Virus record (IMG/VR): IMGVR_UViG_3300005683_000016
Span: 1 to 64,000 of that record
Source: a virus
Length of the DNA stretch: 64,000 nucleotides
Reading direction: 5' to 3' (one strand)
The notes beneath the pieces are model-generated. The model searched no databases. It was not told the origin of the DNA and was given only the letters and a program-made list of their open reading frames with translations. Position numbers and translations under genes: made by a program. Shown here one piece after another: positions 37,971 to 50,682 of the stretch (its first letter is position 1; each line of letters starts with the position of its first letter).

Positions 37971-38909
37971 TTAATAATAAGAAGATACATTAGTATAAAT
38001 ACTACTTCTATTTGAAGATTGATTGGTCGGATAAACAATCAGTTCTTGAATTGATTCTGAGGAGTCAGCACTATCCGACCCAACCCATGCTGTAAACGTT
38101 CCCGATCTTGAAAAAGAAGCAAGACCTGAAGCAGACTCACTCTGAACTGAACCATCAATACGAATTTCAGCAGTTGACGCGTTTTGTACGATAGTTTCGC
38201 AAATATGCTGAGAATTGTCTGATACTGTTGTGTTCTTGTACATATATGACGAAACACCTTCAAACAAGGCATAAGAATTTGAAAAATCAGATCCAAAAAG
38301 AAGAAAATCGAGAGCAGTGTTATCACAGAGCGTATTTATAAAAGTGCTGGCAGACACTACCGAAATCCCGTATAATTGTGAAGAACCAGATACATCTGCA
38401 AAATCAACTGTTTCTGAAAGCGGAGTATCGTCCAATGAAAAAAGAGCAGGACGACTATTTTTTTCAAGAACAGAACCATTGTCAACTATTTGCCACTTAC
38501 TCATTGCGACATCAAACTCATATCCATTACCAGACTGGTCATACCATTTTATTACATATCCGTCTGTCCCGGAACAAAAAGTGGTCAACGCTGATTCATC
38601 GAGATCACCATCTGCTTCAAATCCTATGTCTTGGGTAGTGTTGTCTGAAGATCTTTGAACCCTGAGACAATTTCCCATATAAGAAGTAGAAAGTTTTCTA
38701 ACCGATAAAGCAAGTCCTGCTCCGGGATAATCATCAAGTATCCCTGTAAAGGTAGCCAGAGTAACACCGTTAACTTTTTTAATGTTTGAGTCAGAAACAG
38801 TAGATACTTTCTTAATGTCGGTATCTGTTACTCCATCTACTTTTTTGATGTCTTGAGAAGATAGAGGAAAAGAAATTAACAACAACAACAAAAACAACAA
38901 TCTTTTCAT
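37971..38909 (-). CDS. Signal-peptide protein with three IKKVxxV repeats and a GH54/ConA-like beta-sandwich domain
   Basis: MKRLLFLLLLLISFPLSS|Q; ALSVRKL...LRVQRSSDN..QDIGF...WYDQSGNG. Confidence 0.75.
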   Translation of the reverse strand: MKRLLFLLLLLISFPLSSQDIKKVDGVTDTDIKKVSTVSDSNIKKVNGVTLATFTGILDDYPGAGLALSVRKLSTSYMGNCLRVQRSSDNTTQDIGFEADGDLDESALTTFCSGTDGYVIKWYDQSGNGYEFDVAMSKWQIVDNGSVLEKNSRPALFSLDDTPLSETVDFADVSGSSQLYGISVVSASTFINTLCDNTALDFLLFGSDFSNSYALFEGVSSYMYKNTTVSDNSQHICETIVQNASTAEIRIDGSVQSESASGLASFSRSGTFTAWVGSDSADSSESIQELIVYPTNQSSNRSSIYTNVSSYY

Positions 38910-38922
38910 AGTGTGTTTATAA

Positions 38923-39618
38923 TTATTTTACTTCAACAATAGTTTGAGAAGGATTTAAAAATTCTTTTACCTGAATGTCATTATTGTTCTTTTTACTGAA
39001 CAAAGTATGAAAAAGAACATGGCATTCTTTACAAAAAGTAATTCCGTTATTTATATCTGTCCTTAATTCAACATGAGAAGCATAATTAAATATATGATGA
39101 GCATTCAATTCTCCACCTCTTTGTTTACATTTTTGACATGTATAATTATCTCTTTTAAATACTTCCTTTCTCCAAACTGTATCTGCTGTATATCTTTTTT
39201 GTTTTACAGGTGTTTTATAATTACCATCGACCCAATTAGGATGTTCCGAACCATAATATGTAGGTGGTTTATTACCGTTTAATAATGATTTTTGTCTTAT
39301 TTTGTTTTTATGGTCTTCTGATAAACTACCTGTTTTTAATCCTTTGTTCCAAGATTTACGTCCTTTATTAAAACTATTACAAAGCATTCTCGTACTTACT
39401 GCTTTGTTGTAACATTCTCTACAGCAGTATTTTCTTGGTCGTTTGTGCCATCTTCCTTTAGGTGTAAACTCTTTATTACATATTAAACAGTTTTGAACTA
39501 TTTTGTTTTTCTCTTTTAGAGACTTAGATTTTTCGTATCTAAGTTTTGCTTTCTCTCTAAGTTTTTCCCTGTTTAATATATAATACTCTTTTTGTTTGTT
39601 TTTATCTTTATAAGGCAT
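38923..39618 (-). mobile_element. Free-standing HNH homing endonuclease (zinc finger + NUMOD3 + HNH)
   Basis: CLIC...YCCREC; SEDHKNKI; RDNYTCQKC...AHHI...NGITFCKECH. Confidence 0.9.
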
Positions 39619-39624
39619 AATAAA

Positions 39625-42600
39625 TTATTTTATTTCTACAATGGTCTTGTCTGGATCAACTAATATTCTATCAGGATGTACTGCAATACCTACAATCACC
39701 ACACAATCATCAGTACCACTTGGAGCAGTTTGAGTAAGAGTATTTCCTGTTGTTCCCGTAGTAGAAAGATAGACATAACCTCCTACTGTCCAGTTCCAAG
39801 AGTCATTTCTTGCAATACCCTTAAGTAAATAGGTTGCTGAGTTACCAGTAGTAACGGTAGCGGTACACATAGCAACTACTTTTGCTGTTGCTATGCCATC
39901 TGCATCAGCAAGGGTTGCATCACCATCAGAACCTATATATACTACGTCACCAAATGCTTGGTTTTCATTAGCAGTAAAAGTTATTTTTTCACCACTTACT
40001 GTTGTGTTAGAAGAAGGTGCAGCAGTAATTACCATTGAGTTTAAGGTGGTTGTCGTAAAGGACAAACCGTCTCCCAAAGTTACACCAGAAAAATCACCAT
40101 CACCATCGGCACCAACCAGTATCGTCGGGTTATCTGTTGTAAGATCTGAAACCCTTAACTCACCTGTAATGTCTACTGTTCTTGCTGGAGCAGAGGTAGA
40201 ACCAAAACGAGTTGCACCAGCAAAGTTGTTTGTAGTGGAAGAACCAGACTGATAAATACCTTTTGCAGATGAATTTGAATAAGCGATTTCTAATCCTCTA
40301 AAATCTGCAATTGTCGTAAGGGTCGGATTTAAGTAGATTCCTCTGGTAATACCACTTGCTCCACCTGTCTGATTAATCGTAGAAGTAAGATTTAGAGATG
40401 CATATGCTTGAGTACCTGAAGTCGGATTAAAAGTATCATCTAACAGAATAGTATGATCTCCTAAAGTAGTTACACTATAAGTAGAGGGAGAATAGACATA
40501 AATTTCTTCTGCCGAATCATCAAATCCCCACAAAGGATTATTATCGTTCCAAGCAAAAAAGAAAGTTCCGTTGGAAGATGCTTTTGCTACCGTAGCATCT
40601 GGAATAACATCCGAACCTCCATAAATACCATTTCCTGCACCTGCTGTAGCAGTAAGAGTTGTTCCTGTAAGACTTAATCCACTTCCTACTGTAATACTGG
40701 ACAACACACCGTTAGCATCTGCTCCTACTATACTGGCAGGATTAGTAGTAGACAAATCTCGTATTCTTACTTCTCCTCCAACATCAAGAGTTCTACTTGG
40801 ACTTGATGTGGAAGACCCTATTCCTAACTTACCTCTTAGATAAGATCTTACAGTATCACCTTCTGGTTGCCACAAAAACGTGTGAGTAGAAGGTTTATAG
40901 TTGATTCCTCTAAAATCATTGGGAGCAGCAGTAAGAGTAGGATCTATGAACAAACCGTTCATGGGTTGATTTGCACCACTGGTTTGATTTATAGTAGTTC
41001 CCAACCTGAGCAAAGAAGGGTATCCTGTGAGAGTACTTGCCAAAGTAGGTGAGTAAGTACCTTCAATGTTTAAAAAGGTGCTTCCTACAAACGTATCTGT
41101 TTTAGCAGCAGTTGGTACTATAGTTACCCCTTGAATAAAAGAATTACCACCCGGAGGTTCTAATTTTATGGTACCGCCCGATGTTTTCAAGGTCATGTTT
41201 CCAGATCCACTGATATAAGACGCATCGTCTTGATAAAGAGAAAATCCAGTAGAGGAAGAAGATCTTTCAATAAATATACCATCAGCAGTGGTGGATTGTT
41301 TTAAATAAAGTCTATAACTTGAAGAGGGACTTGCTCCAATTCCAACTTGAGCACCATTAAAAGTAAAGTCTGCATCACTAGTAACAGTTTGAGTTCCGTT
41401 AAAATAAGCAACCCTACCGGATACTCCACTACCTGTAATGTCGTCACTTGCATTAGTATCTCCCGTGTTTGTTAAAGTGATAGTGGATCCAGATTCGTTA
41501 ATAGAAAGTCCTGTAGAAGCCTCAATTGTAACAGCAGTAGAACCACTGGTATTACTTACAATAGTAGAGGTGGTTCCGCTTCCAGCACCTACTGTTAAAC
41601 TTCCTTCATTGGTTACACTTCCATCCACTTCAGTTGCTGTCACAGTAACGGCACCTGCGGTTTGAGAAATTACAGCAATCCCCGCTCCTGTAATAGACCA
41701 CGAACCACCACCATTAGATAAAGTATTGGTATAAGTAGTAGTACCTCCGTGAGAATATGTTTGTAGTTCATTTGAAGTACTACCGTCTACCTCGGTAGTA
41801 GTGATACGAAGTACATTGGACGATGGTTCACTAAGTACACTTATTCCTGCTGCTTCAATGGTGATGTCGTTAGAAGAACCAGAAATGTCAAATACATAAG
41901 GATTGCTTCCAGTAAGAGACAAATCTTGTATTTCGTTGGTAGTTGAACCGTCAACTTCAGTTGCACCAATAGTTATGGTTGATCCACTTTCACTTACAGT
42001 GACTATTCCTGATCCTTCTATAGTTACTGCTGTGGAACCAGATGTGTTACTCACAATTGTAGAACTATTTCCACCTCCTGTTCCAACAGTTAAACTACCT
42101 TCATTACTAACACTTGCGTCAGTAGCAGTAAAGACAAGAGTATTTGCCGGAGATTCCGACAAAGTTATACCGCTTCCAGAAATTGTAACGTCTGTCCCTG
42201 TTGACGATTCAATTGTATAAGTAGGCCCTGCACCACCAATTGTAAGATCGGTTGCTCCACCAGTTGCGGTTAAAGTGGTTCCAGACAATGACAATCCTGT
42301 TCCTACTGTAATACCGGCAAAATCACCATCGCCGTCTGCACCTACTAAAACAGTTGGGTTGTCTGTTACCAAGTCGCTGACCCTCAGTTCTCCAGTAACA
42401 TCTAATGTGCGTGCAGGAGTAGAGGTAGATCCTATTCTTGTATTACCTGCAAAGTTGTTTGTAGTACTTGTTCCAGACTGATAAATACCTTTTGCTGTGG
42501 CACTTGAATAAGGTATGTCTATTCCTCTATAGTCTGCTACAGCAGTAAGAGTTGGATTGATATAAATAGATCTGATTATACCGTTTGCTCCACCTGTCTG

Positions 42601-45600
42601 ATTAAATGTTCCATCAAAAATAAGTTGATTGTGGATAGCATTCCCGGACGTGGGGTTGAGTCCGTAAGCAAACCTCATATAGTTTCGTGTACCAGATGTT
42701 TGTCCGAGATTAGCAATGTTTCCTATAATTATACCAGCAGTAGAGTTTGCTGCGTTCGCACTGGCTGTTATATCTATTGCACTTGCAGATGTTGCTGTAT
42801 TCGAAACACTTACTAAACCAGTACTGCCTCCAAGAGTTATATTTTGAGCAGAATTTCCTACAGTATAAGTAGTAGCGACAGTAATGGCAGAGTTGGAAAT
42901 AGTAACTGGTGTGGTAGATCCTATGGATAAAATACCTGTAGAAGTGGTTCTATCTAACTTCATTATCTCTGCCAATGCTCCTGCATTGTCTCCCAACTGA
43001 AAAGACAGTGCTGCTTCCCTATTTGCGTGCGTGGCATTAGTCCAATAAGAAGCGATTCGAGCCATATCTTGATTGGTCGTTGTAGAAGAGTGACCCTGAA
43101 ATAAAAGAGCGTTACCAAACAATGTACCACCAGCAGTAGTCGAGTTAGTACGGAGTGTGAGTATATCAGAAACCGTAACAGTGTTTGCAGTAACCTCTGT
43201 CAGGGTCATTTGTCCTCCGGTGGAAGCACCTGTTGAAATAGATGCTCTTGTTACTCCGTTTGTTTCAAAAGATAAAGTGTTGTTGTCATTTGTACCTATA
43301 ATCATTGCTGCACTGAACGAATTACCATTTTGTAAAACATCTCCCGTACCTATCGGTGTAGCCCACGTTCCATCACCCCTCCAAAAAGTAGAAGAAGATG
43401 CTCCAGAACCACTATTTAAGTTGGCAACGGGAAGGTTTCCTGTAATGGCATCCCCATCGGCTAAATCTAAAGCACCCCAAGCATAAGTAGAGGCTCCAGT
43501 TACTCTTAAAACTTGACCAACTGTAGAAGAGTTTGTGATGGCAGTTACAGCAGAGGTTCCGTTACCCTGTAAAATACCAGTTAAAGAACCTGCTCCAGTA
43601 CCACCACGAGATACCGCTAATTGTCCTGTCCAACCTAAAGTCAAACTTGCGTCTCTCAAAAGAGAAGTGGAGGGGTTTCCTCCTAGAGTTAAAGTAACAT
43701 TGGTGTCGTCTACCTTAGTTAAAGCACCTGCTGCGGTATAAGAAGGTGCTGCTGTAGAACCTGTAGCATTACCAAAGTAAGTATTTGCTCCTGCATTAGA
43801 AAGAGAAAAGGTCAAAGCAGGAGTAGTGGTAGTAGTGGCTTCACTCGTAGTAAACAAAGGAGACAAATCACCCGCACTAAAGTTTGTTACAGTACCATTA
43901 TTTGTTGCTGCAATGGTCACCACACCTGCTCCACTTGTACCAGTAGTAGTTAAGGTAATACCACTTCCTTCGGAAAATTGTATAGACCCGCCAGAATTTG
44001 ACAGGGTTAAAGTGTGTGTAGTAGCATCACTTGTATTAGCAAGTGTTTGAAGTTCGTTGGTAGCAGATTCGTCCTGAAATACTCTGGAAAATACCAAATT
44101 TGTAGTTCCTAAAGTGAAAGGCCCCTTAGTATCTAATTTCCAATAAGTAGCACCATAAGTAGCACCTAATTTTACTGCTACTAAAATACCGGGATCCAAT
44201 TTAGATGCTCCATCAGCATCCGTAGAGCGCGTCCACGATCCTGCTGCACAATCCCAAATGCCGTTTTCTTTAGGATCTGTTTGACCTGCCACTAATACTC
44301 GTTGACCGGCACTAATTGAAACACCATCGATTGTTTCAGTACCACTCAAGTCAAGATTGGAAGTGGCAACTGCTTGAACAAATAATTTAGAAGTAGCAGT
44401 ATGATTGTTAAACGTAAAAGTAGGATTACCAGAAACCCCGTTTGTGTTTGCACTACCAATACCTATGTAGGAGGAGGATAAAGAAGAAGCGGAAATAGAT
44501 CTGGTTGCCCAAGTACCATCTCCTGTTCTTACTGCTAATCCTGTAGTTGATAGTCCTTCAACTCCTGCCAGATCATTTGCAAGAGCAAGGGTCATGTTTC
44601 CACTTGAAGTAACAGGAGAACCCGATACAGTAATACCAGCAGCAGGTTGAGTAATTCCTACACTTGTAACTGTTCCTACAGTGTTAGTTACATCAAAACT
44701 AACGGAGGGACTGTTTGTAAGACTAATAGTAAATCGTTCTATTCCTCCTACAGTAGTAGAGTCTATGGAGAGGTCTTGAGTATCAGTATCAGTAATAGTT
44801 GAGGCTATAGTTACGGTTCCAGCAGAACCAGTACCACCTGTGGTTAAGGTGATTCCAGTACCTTCAATAAATTGAACTGTTCCTCCACTATTAGACAGAG
44901 TTACAGTGTGACTTGTAGCATCAGAAGAATTAGTTATGGTCTGAAGTTCGTTCGTGGTAGAGCCATCTACTTCGGTAGCAGTTATTGTTAAAGTGTTAGA
45001 AGTAGCATTATAAGAAGTAGAAGCAATACCAGCACCAGCAAATAATAAAGTTTGGTTGCTAATAACCTCAGTATCTCCTGCGTCACCATCTACTGTCCAA
45101 GCCTCATTAGTAGTACTACCATCTGTTTCAGTTGCTGTAATAGTAAAGTTTGGGTATGTTCCAGTTATGTCTACTATTCCACCTTCAGTAAGAGAAACAG
45201 TTTGATCAGGAGCACTGTTAGTAATAGTTATAGCGTCTGTACCTGCATTTGTGGTAATGGTAATTCCAGTACCGTTTACTAATGTTAAAGCGTCTGTAGT
45301 ACCGTCTGCAACTACATCAGATTGTCCAGAAACTGAAACTGTCTGAAAGATATTTTGAAGTTCGTTGGTTGTGCTACCATCTACCTCTGTAGTAGTGATT
45401 CTAAGAACATTAGCAGAAGGCTCACTAAGTACAGAAATACCAGACGCTTCTATTGTAATGTCATTAGAAGAAGTAGAGATGTCAAAAACATACGGATTGG
45501 TTCCTGTTAAAGAAAGATCTTGAATCTCATTAGAGGTAGAAGCATCTACAGCAGCAATAGTTAATTCGTTAGAACTGCGACTAAGAGTAATACCAGATCC

Positions 45601-48600
45601 TTCAGCGAAAGTTACATCTGTACCTGTGTTTGAATTAAGAGTATAGGGAGAACTGGAACCTGAAAAGGTTAAATCAGTTACCCCTGCACCCGGAGTAGCA
45701 GCAATAGTAATAGTAGAACCAGATTCAGTAATAGTAACGTTAGAACCGCCCTCTATAGTTACTGCGGTAGATCCACTTGTATTACTAACTATGGTTGAAG
45801 AGTTACCTCCACCAGCACCTACAGTGAGTGAACCTTCATTAGTTACGCTCCCGTCTACCTCAGTAGAAGTAATTAAGAGCACATCAGTAGAAGTATTATA
45901 GTCAGTAGTAGTTATACCTGCACCCTGAAACTTTACAGTCTGATTACTAATAACTTCAGTATCAGCATCGTCAGCATCAATAGTCCATGCTTCATTTGTA
46001 GTGGAACCATCGACTTCAGTAGAAGTTATTGTAAAATTTGGATAAGTACCTGTCACTACAGTAATTCCACCATTATTTAATACAACAGTTTGATCGGGAG
46101 AAGAGTTAGTAATAACCAAAGTGTTAGCAGGACTCTCTGAAAGTGAAATTCCAGTACCGGCAGAGAAATTAACATCGTTGGAAGAACCACTAATATCTAA
46201 GGTGTAAGGAGAAGAAGAACCTGTAATAGTTAAGTCTTGAATCTCATTTGAAGTGCTTCCATCCACCTCCGTAGCAGTAAGAGTAATAGAACCACCATTA
46301 GAAGAAGTAGACTCACTAATCGCAAGAATACCAGCAGCATTTATAGTTACAGCGTTTCCAGTAGAAGTTGTAGTTAACAAAGTAGCAGATGTACCACTAC
46401 CTGCACCAACTCCTAAAATACCTTCGTTGGATATACTACCATCAACTTCAGTCCCTGTAATGATTAAAGTATTAGCAGGAGACTCGGAGAGTGTAATTAT
46501 ACCGGCACCAGAAATAGTTATATCTGTTCCTGTAGAAGACTCTACTGTGTAAGTAGGCCCGCTTCCTCCGATAGTTAAATCAGTAGATGCAGAAGGAGGT
46601 ACAGCCCAAGTTCCATCTTCTCTTAAAAACTCATCAGTACCACTTCCGTCTCCATCTGGAACCAAACCTCTTAAAGAGGAAGTCATTATTGGAATAGTAG
46701 TACCTGTTCCACCACTAATACCCAAAGCCCCGGTAGATTGAGTATAACTTAAATTTTGAGCATCGGTGTTATCTAAGTAGGAAGAGAGATCAACTGTTTT
46801 GAAAGGAACCCCATCAGAACTAAGAGAAGCACGAAGTATATTACTTACAATTTCAAATGTATCAATTTGTTGAATTTCATTTGTCGTGCTACCGTCTACT
46901 TCAGTACTCGTAATAGTAATGGTGTTTCCAGATTCGTTTACAGTAGTAATTCCAGATCCAGTAAGTGTAATAGTTGCGCTACCAGAACTGTTAGATTGGA
47001 TTAAAGAAGTGGTTCCAGTACCTGCTCCTACTGATAATACACCTTCATTTGTAACAGATCCATCTACCTCTGTTGCAGTTAAAATTAAAGTATTTGCAGG
47101 TGATTCACTTAAAGTTAAGATACCTGCCCCTTGAATAGTTACATCAGAACCCCCACTGATAGCAATATCGTAAGTAGGCCCCGATCCTTCTATGGTAAGA
47201 TTTTGAGCATCTGTATTAGTGACAGTACTCGCTATAGTAAAATTGGGATAAGTCCCTGTTACATCAATCCCTGTTCCTTCAGAAAGACTAACCGTTTGGT
47301 CTGGAGAACTATTAGTAATAGTTAACTCATTAGAAGAACGAGACAATGAAATTCCTGTGCCAGCAGCAATGGTCACATCTGTTCCAGAAGACGAGTTTAA
47401 TGTAAACGGAGTAGATGCTCCGGTAAAAGTAAGGTCGGTAGCTCCTCCCGAAGGAGCATCACCCCAATATATCTGCGAACCAGATGAATACAGTATTTGT
47501 CCAGCATCACCATAAGTTCCTGCTGATTTTATCGCAATGCTGTCCGGCGTGACCTGGATCAGATTGTTAGCACTGTTTGCCAACTGAACAACATCATTGT
47601 CAATATATACTTGTGCTTGTGCATTTGGACTGTAAAATCCTACGTGCCCATCTGTGGCAAGCGAATCTTCGCCAGAGTAGAAATCTGCCATGATCTCGCT
47701 GTTCGGATACATGAACTGAATGCTTGCAACACTGTCAAAATTTACGAGCCTAACGGTATCGGCCAAAATATTTCCATTTGAGTTGTAGATATTCTGACCA
47801 CCGGCAGTATTAATGTCAAAATAAATTGAATTGCCATCTTCAATACTGATTTCAAATCTTTCAATGTCTCCGATCATTGCGGAGTCAATCGAAAGGTTTT
47901 GGTTGTCTGTGTCAGTAATGGTGCTTGCGATGGTGAAATTCGGGTATGTGCCCGTCACATCAATTCCCGTACCCTCGGAAAGGCTCACTGTTTGGTCAGG
48001 CGCCGAGTTGGTGATGGTAAAATTGGGATAGGTGCCACTCACGCTGATCCCCGTTCCGTTGTTCAGAACAACCGTCTGATCGGGCGCTGAGTTGGTAATC
48101 ACCAAGGTATTTGCCGGGGACTCCGACAATGTGACCCCTGTTCCAGAAGCAAAATTCACATCGTTTGCCGAACCTGAAATGTCCAGGGTGAATGGGGAAG
48201 AAGACCCTGTGATGCTCAAGTCCTGTGCGTCGGTATTGACGTATGAAGAAAGATCAACGCTGGAAAAAGGAAGTCCGTCGTTTAACAGCGAAAGCCTGAG
48301 GGTATTTGACACGATCTCAAATGTATCAATGGTCTGGATTTCGTTAGTAGTAGACCCATCCACTTCGGATTGGAGATACCTTCCATCGAGATCTACTGTA
48401 TTACCTCCACTGATTGAGAGTTCTCCATTAGACCCATTCCAAGAGAGTGTTTGAGCATCAGTATTCGTAGAGGTATTAGTAATGGTAAAGTTGGGATAAG
48501 TTCCAGTAACTGAGATACCTGTACCATTATTAAGCACTACTGTCTGATCAGGAGCAGAGTTTACTAAAGTAGTTCCACTGAAATTTAACCCTGTTCCTAA

Positions 48601-50055
48601 GGTAATTTCACTTACATTAGCAGTAGATCCTGTAGGATTTCCTAACAATGTTTGAGCAGTGGCTTGCTGCATCTTAGCGTAAGTAATTTGATTATTACCT
48701 ACATGGATAGTCAAAACATTCAAGGTGTCTAAGAAAAGACCTCCCGGAATCCAGTTAGAACCATCGGATGCGTAGAAGTATTTAGATCCGTTAACATCTA
48801 CTGTTTTTAGAATAATAGACCCCTCTATATCTACAGAGGGTAAAGGAGTTATAATATCTAAATTATAAACTTGAGGACTGCTTCCACTTACTCCCGGAAG
48901 AACTACAAAGTCTTCGGGAATAGAATCATTAAATAGAGAGATGTAAAGAGTATCATTAGAAACTCTAAACGTGTCTACATACTGAAGATATGTATCGTCG
49001 TTATAATCTTTATGAGTAATACTTAAGGAGTCAAACGTAGCCCTGTGATCTGAGTAGTAACGAGCATCATTACCTCTGATAGTAACTCGATCTGGAGAAG
49101 TAGTAAATAAATTAATCCCATTACCACTTATGTCTAATCTATTAGTTCCTCCTATGTCGTTTTGTTTAAGAGTTAAACTATCAGGAGTAAATCTTGCTTG
49201 TGCTCCATATACTGTAAGATCGTAAAGGATGTCAAAATAAGCAGAATCTTTATCTGACAAAAAGGTGATACCGGAATCAATTACTGCTTCGTGATGATAA
49301 GTTACAGTGTCAGAAACTCCATAAATACCACCTCCTTGACTTGCAGAAAGTCCAGTAAGAACTACAAATTTTTTAGGAACTCCATCACTTGACAGTGAGA
49401 GATAAAGAGTGTCGTTAGATAGAACGAAGGAATCTATCTGTTGAATTTCATTAGTAGTAGATCCATCAACCTCTGTTGAGGTTATAGTAAAGTTAGGATA
49501 CGTTCCACTAATAGCACTAATACCTGCTCCAGTTAAAGTCACAGTCTGGTCAGGAGAACTATTTGTGATAGTAAAATTAGGATAAGTTCCACTTGTAGTT
49601 ATTCCTGTACCAGAGTTTAAAACTACAGTTTGATCAGGTGCTGTGTTAGTGATTATGTTACTACCTATGCTAATTCCTGTTCCTGCTGTGTAAGGTACTG
49701 AAGCACAGTTAAGACAATTCCAAGTAGAACTGTTGTACCAATAAATTAAGTTAGAGTTGTTAATAATAAAGTCTGGTTCCCCATACTTGGGAGACACAGT
49801 AGGAGCAGCATTGGAGTTTAGTTTACCAATCATAGATCCTGCTAAAACCCACACACTATTAGTGCGGTTAAATCTCCAAATCTTCGAAGTGGTAATATCT
49901 ATGGCCCATTCACTGTCATATTGAACTCTTGGTGTACCTGTAGGTTGACCATTAGTATAAATAACAGCAGCACCTTTACTCACGTTAGTAACCTGAGAAT
50001 AGAGGGAAATAGTAGAAATTAAAAGCAAAAGAGTAAAAATAATTTTATTCAACAT
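39625..50055 (-). CDS. Giant repeat-rich fibre/adhesin-like protein (~3,476 aa) with a signal peptide and a C-terminal DUF2190/capsid-cement-like domain
   Basis: Likely start ATG 50055 ([20 protein letters not shown]|Q) overlaps the upstream stop. Many TEVDGSxxNE and PDQTV...GTYPNFTI repeats. C-terminal GDVVYI...LADAD...GGYVYLS...TAP...VGIAV. Confidence 0.8.
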   Translation of the reverse strand: MLNKIIFTLLLLISTISLYSQVTNVSKGAAVIYTNGQPTGTPRVQYDSEWAIDITTSKIWRFNRTNSVWVLAGSMIGKLNSNAAPTVSPKYGEPDFIINNSNLIYWYNSSTWNCLNCASVPYTAGTGISIGSNIITNTAPDQTVVLNSGTGITTSGTYPNFTITNSSPDQTVTLTGAGISAISGTYPNFTITSTEVDGSTTNEIQQIDSFVLSNDTLYLSLSSDGVPKKFVVLTGLSASQGGGIYGVSDTVTYHHEAVIDSGITFLSDKDSAYFDILYDLTVYGAQARFTPDSLTLKQNDIGGTNRLDISGNGINLFTTSPDRVTIRGNDARYYSDHRATFDSLSITHKDYNDDTYLQYVDTFRVSNDTLYISLFNDSIPEDFVVLPGVSGSSPQVYNLDIITPLPSVDIEGSIILKTVDVNGSKYFYASDGSNWIPGGLFLDTLNVLTIHVGNNQITYAKMQQATAQTLLGNPTGSTANVSEITLGTGLNFSGTTLVNSAPDQTVVLNNGTGISVTGTYPNFTITNTSTNTDAQTLSWNGSNGELSISGGNTVDLDGRYLQSEVDGSTTNEIQTIDTFEIVSNTLRLSLLNDGLPFSSVDLSSYVNTDAQDLSITGSSSPFTLDISGSANDVNFASGTGVTLSESPANTLVITNSAPDQTVVLNNGTGISVSGTYPNFTITNSAPDQTVSLSEGTGIDVTGTYPNFTIASTITDTDNQNLSIDSAMIGDIERFEISIEDGNSIYFDINTAGGQNIYNSNGNILADTVRLVNFDSVASIQFMYPNSEIMADFYSGEDSLATDGHVGFYSPNAQAQVYIDNDVVQLANSANNLIQVTPDSIAIKSAGTYGDAGQILYSSGSQIYWGDAPSGGATDLTFTGASTPFTLNSSSGTDVTIAAGTGISLSRSSNELTITNSSPDQTVSLSEGTGIDVTGTYPNFTIASTVTNTDAQNLTIEGSGPTYDIAISGGSDVTIQGAGILTLSESPANTLILTATEVDGSVTNEGVLSVGAGTGTTSLIQSNSSGSATITLTGSGITTVNESGNTITITSTEVDGSTTNEIQQIDTFEIVSNILRASLSSDGVPFKTVDLSSYLDNTDAQNLSYTQSTGALGISGGTGTTIPIMTSSLRGLVPDGDGSGTDEFLREDGTWAVPPSASTDLTIGGSGPTYTVESSTGTDITISGAGIITLSESPANTLIITGTEVDGSISNEGILGVGAGSGTSATLLTTTSTGNAVTINAAGILAISESTSSNGGSITLTATEVDGSTSNEIQDLTITGSSSPYTLDISGSSNDVNFSAGTGISLSESPANTLVITNSSPDQTVVLNNGGITVVTGTYPNFTITSTEVDGSTTNEAWTIDADDADTEVISNQTVKFQGAGITTTDYNTSTDVLLITSTEVDGSVTNEGSLTVGAGGGNSSTIVSNTSGSTAVTIEGGSNVTITESGSTITIAATPGAGVTDLTFSGSSSPYTLNSNTGTDVTFAEGSGITLSRSSNELTIAAVDASTSNEIQDLSLTGTNPYVFDISTSSNDITIEASGISVLSEPSANVLRITTTEVDGSTTNELQNIFQTVSVSGQSDVVADGTTDALTLVNGTGITITTNAGTDAITITNSAPDQTVSLTEGGIVDITGTYPNFTITATETDGSTTNEAWTVDGDAGDTEVISNQTLLFAGAGIASTSYNATSNTLTITATEVDGSTTNELQTITNSSDATSHTVTLSNSGGTVQFIEGTGITLTTGGTGSAGTVTIASTITDTDTQDLSIDSTTVGGIERFTISLTNSPSVSFDVTNTVGTVTSVGITQPAAGITVSGSPVTSSGNMTLALANDLAGVEGLSTTGLAVRTGDGTWATRSISASSLSSSYIGIGSANTNGVSGNPTFTFNNHTATSKLFVQAVATSNLDLSGTETIDGVSISAGQRVLVAGQTDPKENGIWDCAAGSWTRSTDADGASKLDPGILVAVKLGATYGATYWKLDTKGPFTLGTTNLVFSRVFQDESATNELQTLANTSDATTHTLTLSNSGGSIQFSEGSGITLTTTGTSGAGVVTIAATNNGTVTNFSAGDLSPLFTTSEATTTTTPALTFSLSNAGANTYFGNATGSTAAPSYTAAGALTKVDDTNVTLTLGGNPSTSLLRDASLTLGWTGQLAVSRGGTGAGSLTGILQGNGTSAVTAITNSSTVGQVLRVTGASTYAWGALDLADGDAITGNLPVANLNSGSGASSSTFWRGDGTWATPIGTGDVLQNGNSFSAAMIIGTNDNNTLSFETNGVTRASISTGASTGGQMTLTEVTANTVTVSDILTLRTNSTTAGGTLFGNALLFQGHSSTTTNQDMARIASYWTNATHANREAALSFQLGDNAGALAEIMKLDRTTSTGILSIGSTTPVTISNSAITVATTYTVGNSAQNITLGGSTGLVSVSNTATSASAIDITASANAANSTAGIIIGNIANLGQTSGTRNYMRFAYGLNPTSGNAIHNQLIFDGTFNQTGGANGIIRSIYINPTLTAVADYRGIDIPYSSATAKGIYQSGTSTTNNFAGNTRIGSTSTPARTLDVTGELRVSDLVTDNPTVLVGADGDGDFAGITVGTGLSLSGTTLTATGGATDLTIGGAGPTYTIESSTGTDVTISGSGITLSESPANTLVFTATDASVSNEGSLTVGTGGGNSSTIVSNTSGSTAVTIEGSGIVTVSESGSTITIGATEVDGSTTNEIQDLSLTGSNPYVFDISGSSNDITIEAAGISVLSEPSSNVLRITTTEVDGSTSNELQTYSHGGTTTYTNTLSNGGGSWSITGAGIAVISQTAGAVTVTATEVDGSVTNEGSLTVGAGSGTTSTIVSNTSGSTAVTIEASTGLSINESGSTITLTNTGDTNASDDITGSGVSGRVAYFNGTQTVTSDADFTFNGAQVGIGASPSSSYRLYLKQSTTADGIFIERSSSSTGFSLYQDDASYISGSGNMTLKTSGGTIKLEPPGGNSFIQGVTIVPTAAKTDTFVGSTFLNIEGTYSPTLASTLTGYPSLLRLGTTINQTSGANQPMNGLFIDPTLTAAPNDFRGINYKPSTHTFLWQPEGDTVRSYLRGKLGIGSSTSSPSRTLDVGGEVRIRDLSTTNPASIVGADANGVLSSITVGSGLSLTGTTLTATAGAGNGIYGGSDVIPDATVAKASSNGTFFFAWNDNNPLWGFDDSAEEIYVYSPSTYSVTTLGDHTILLDDTFNPTSGTQAYASLNLTSTINQTGGASGITRGIYLNPTLTTIADFRGLEIAYSNSSAKGIYQSGSSTTNNFAGATRFGSTSAPARTVDITGELRVSDLTTDNPTILVGADGDGDFSGVTLGDGLSFTTTTLNSMVITAAPSSNTTVSGEKITFTANENQAFGDVVYIGSDGDATLADADGIATAKVVAMCTATVTTGNSATYLLKGIARNDSWNWTVGGYVYLSTTGTTGNTLTQTAPSGTDDCVVIVGIAVHPDRILVDPDKTIVEIK
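40050..49660 (-). repeat. Dispersed coding repeats within the giant fibre gene
   Basis: More than a dozen EVDGS(T/V)(T/S)NE units, several [24 protein letters not shown] units, and three ~110-aa NQTxGA...PTLT...RTxD...GAD units. Confidence 0.85.
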
Positions 50056-50419
50056 CTTCAACAAGGAGTTTAGGTGAACCATAAGGTAATCCATAAGTAT
50101 TATTTTCTGAAAGATAATAGATTTTGTCTTTTTGTACTCCGTTATCAAAGGCTTCTTGGTCATTAATAAAGAATTTAATAACGGTAGTTTCTCCGGGTAA
50201 AAGAGTACCGTCAGAAGTTACTATTCCCACATATCGAGTAGTTACCGAGAAAATTTCCGTAACTTCTTGGGGAAAGAATGAATTATTAAGTAAAAGATAA
50301 CTGTGTAGTAATTCAGACCAATCAATATCTTTTTGTCCTATTCCAAGATACCTTGAGAGGACATATTTATATTGTTGATTGAATAGTTTACATTTGGATT
50401 TATCGAGAGAAAACCGCAT
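50045..50419 (-). CDS. Hypothetical structural protein
   Basis: Overlaps both neighbours in the operon; C-terminal FINDQEA...G....IYYL...N.YG module. Confidence 0.6.
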   Translation of the reverse strand: MRFSLDKSKCKLFNQQYKYVLSRYLGIGQKDIDWSELLHSYLLLNNSFFPQEVTEIFSVTTRYVGIVTSDGTLLPGETTVIKFFINDQEAFDNGVQKDKIYYLSENNTYGLPYGSPKLLVEDVE

Positions 50420-50672
50420 ATAAGTTTTTTAAATATTTGTTACAGTTTGTATCATAATTCTTAATTGCTCTGTTAACTACTGAAAGGTCATAAGTAATTC
50501 GAGTAAGTTGAGTAGGAGTAGCACTAATTTTTTGATTTAAAAGAGACTCCTTTTTAGACTGAAGTTCTTCTAAAGTAAAGTGACATTCATCACTCTGTAC
50601 AGGTTCTTCTACAAAACGAGCATAAATCATTCCAGCATATTGCTGTTTTTGAGCACAAGATGCACAAGCCAT
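50400..50672 (-). CDS. Small Cys-containing hypothetical protein
   Basis: Likely start MACASCAQ at 50672, just after the upstream stop. The longer ORF-track start overlaps the neighbouring gene. Confidence 0.65.
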   Translation of the reverse strand: MACASCAQKQQYAGMIYARFVEEPVQSDECHFTLEELQSKKESLLNQKISATPTQLTRITYDLSVVNRAIKNYDTNCNKYLKNLYAVFSR

Positions 50673-50682
50673 AGTATTTTTA

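Noticed and set aside
39893-48454. Many plus-strand ORFs within the giant fibre gene
   Set aside because: Antisense shadows of Thr/Gly/Ser-rich repeats.
40050-49660. CRISPR array or DGR-like repeats
   Set aside because: The repeats are protein-coding, irregularly spaced and differ synonymously rather than at adenines only. No reverse transcriptase or cas gene is in the window.
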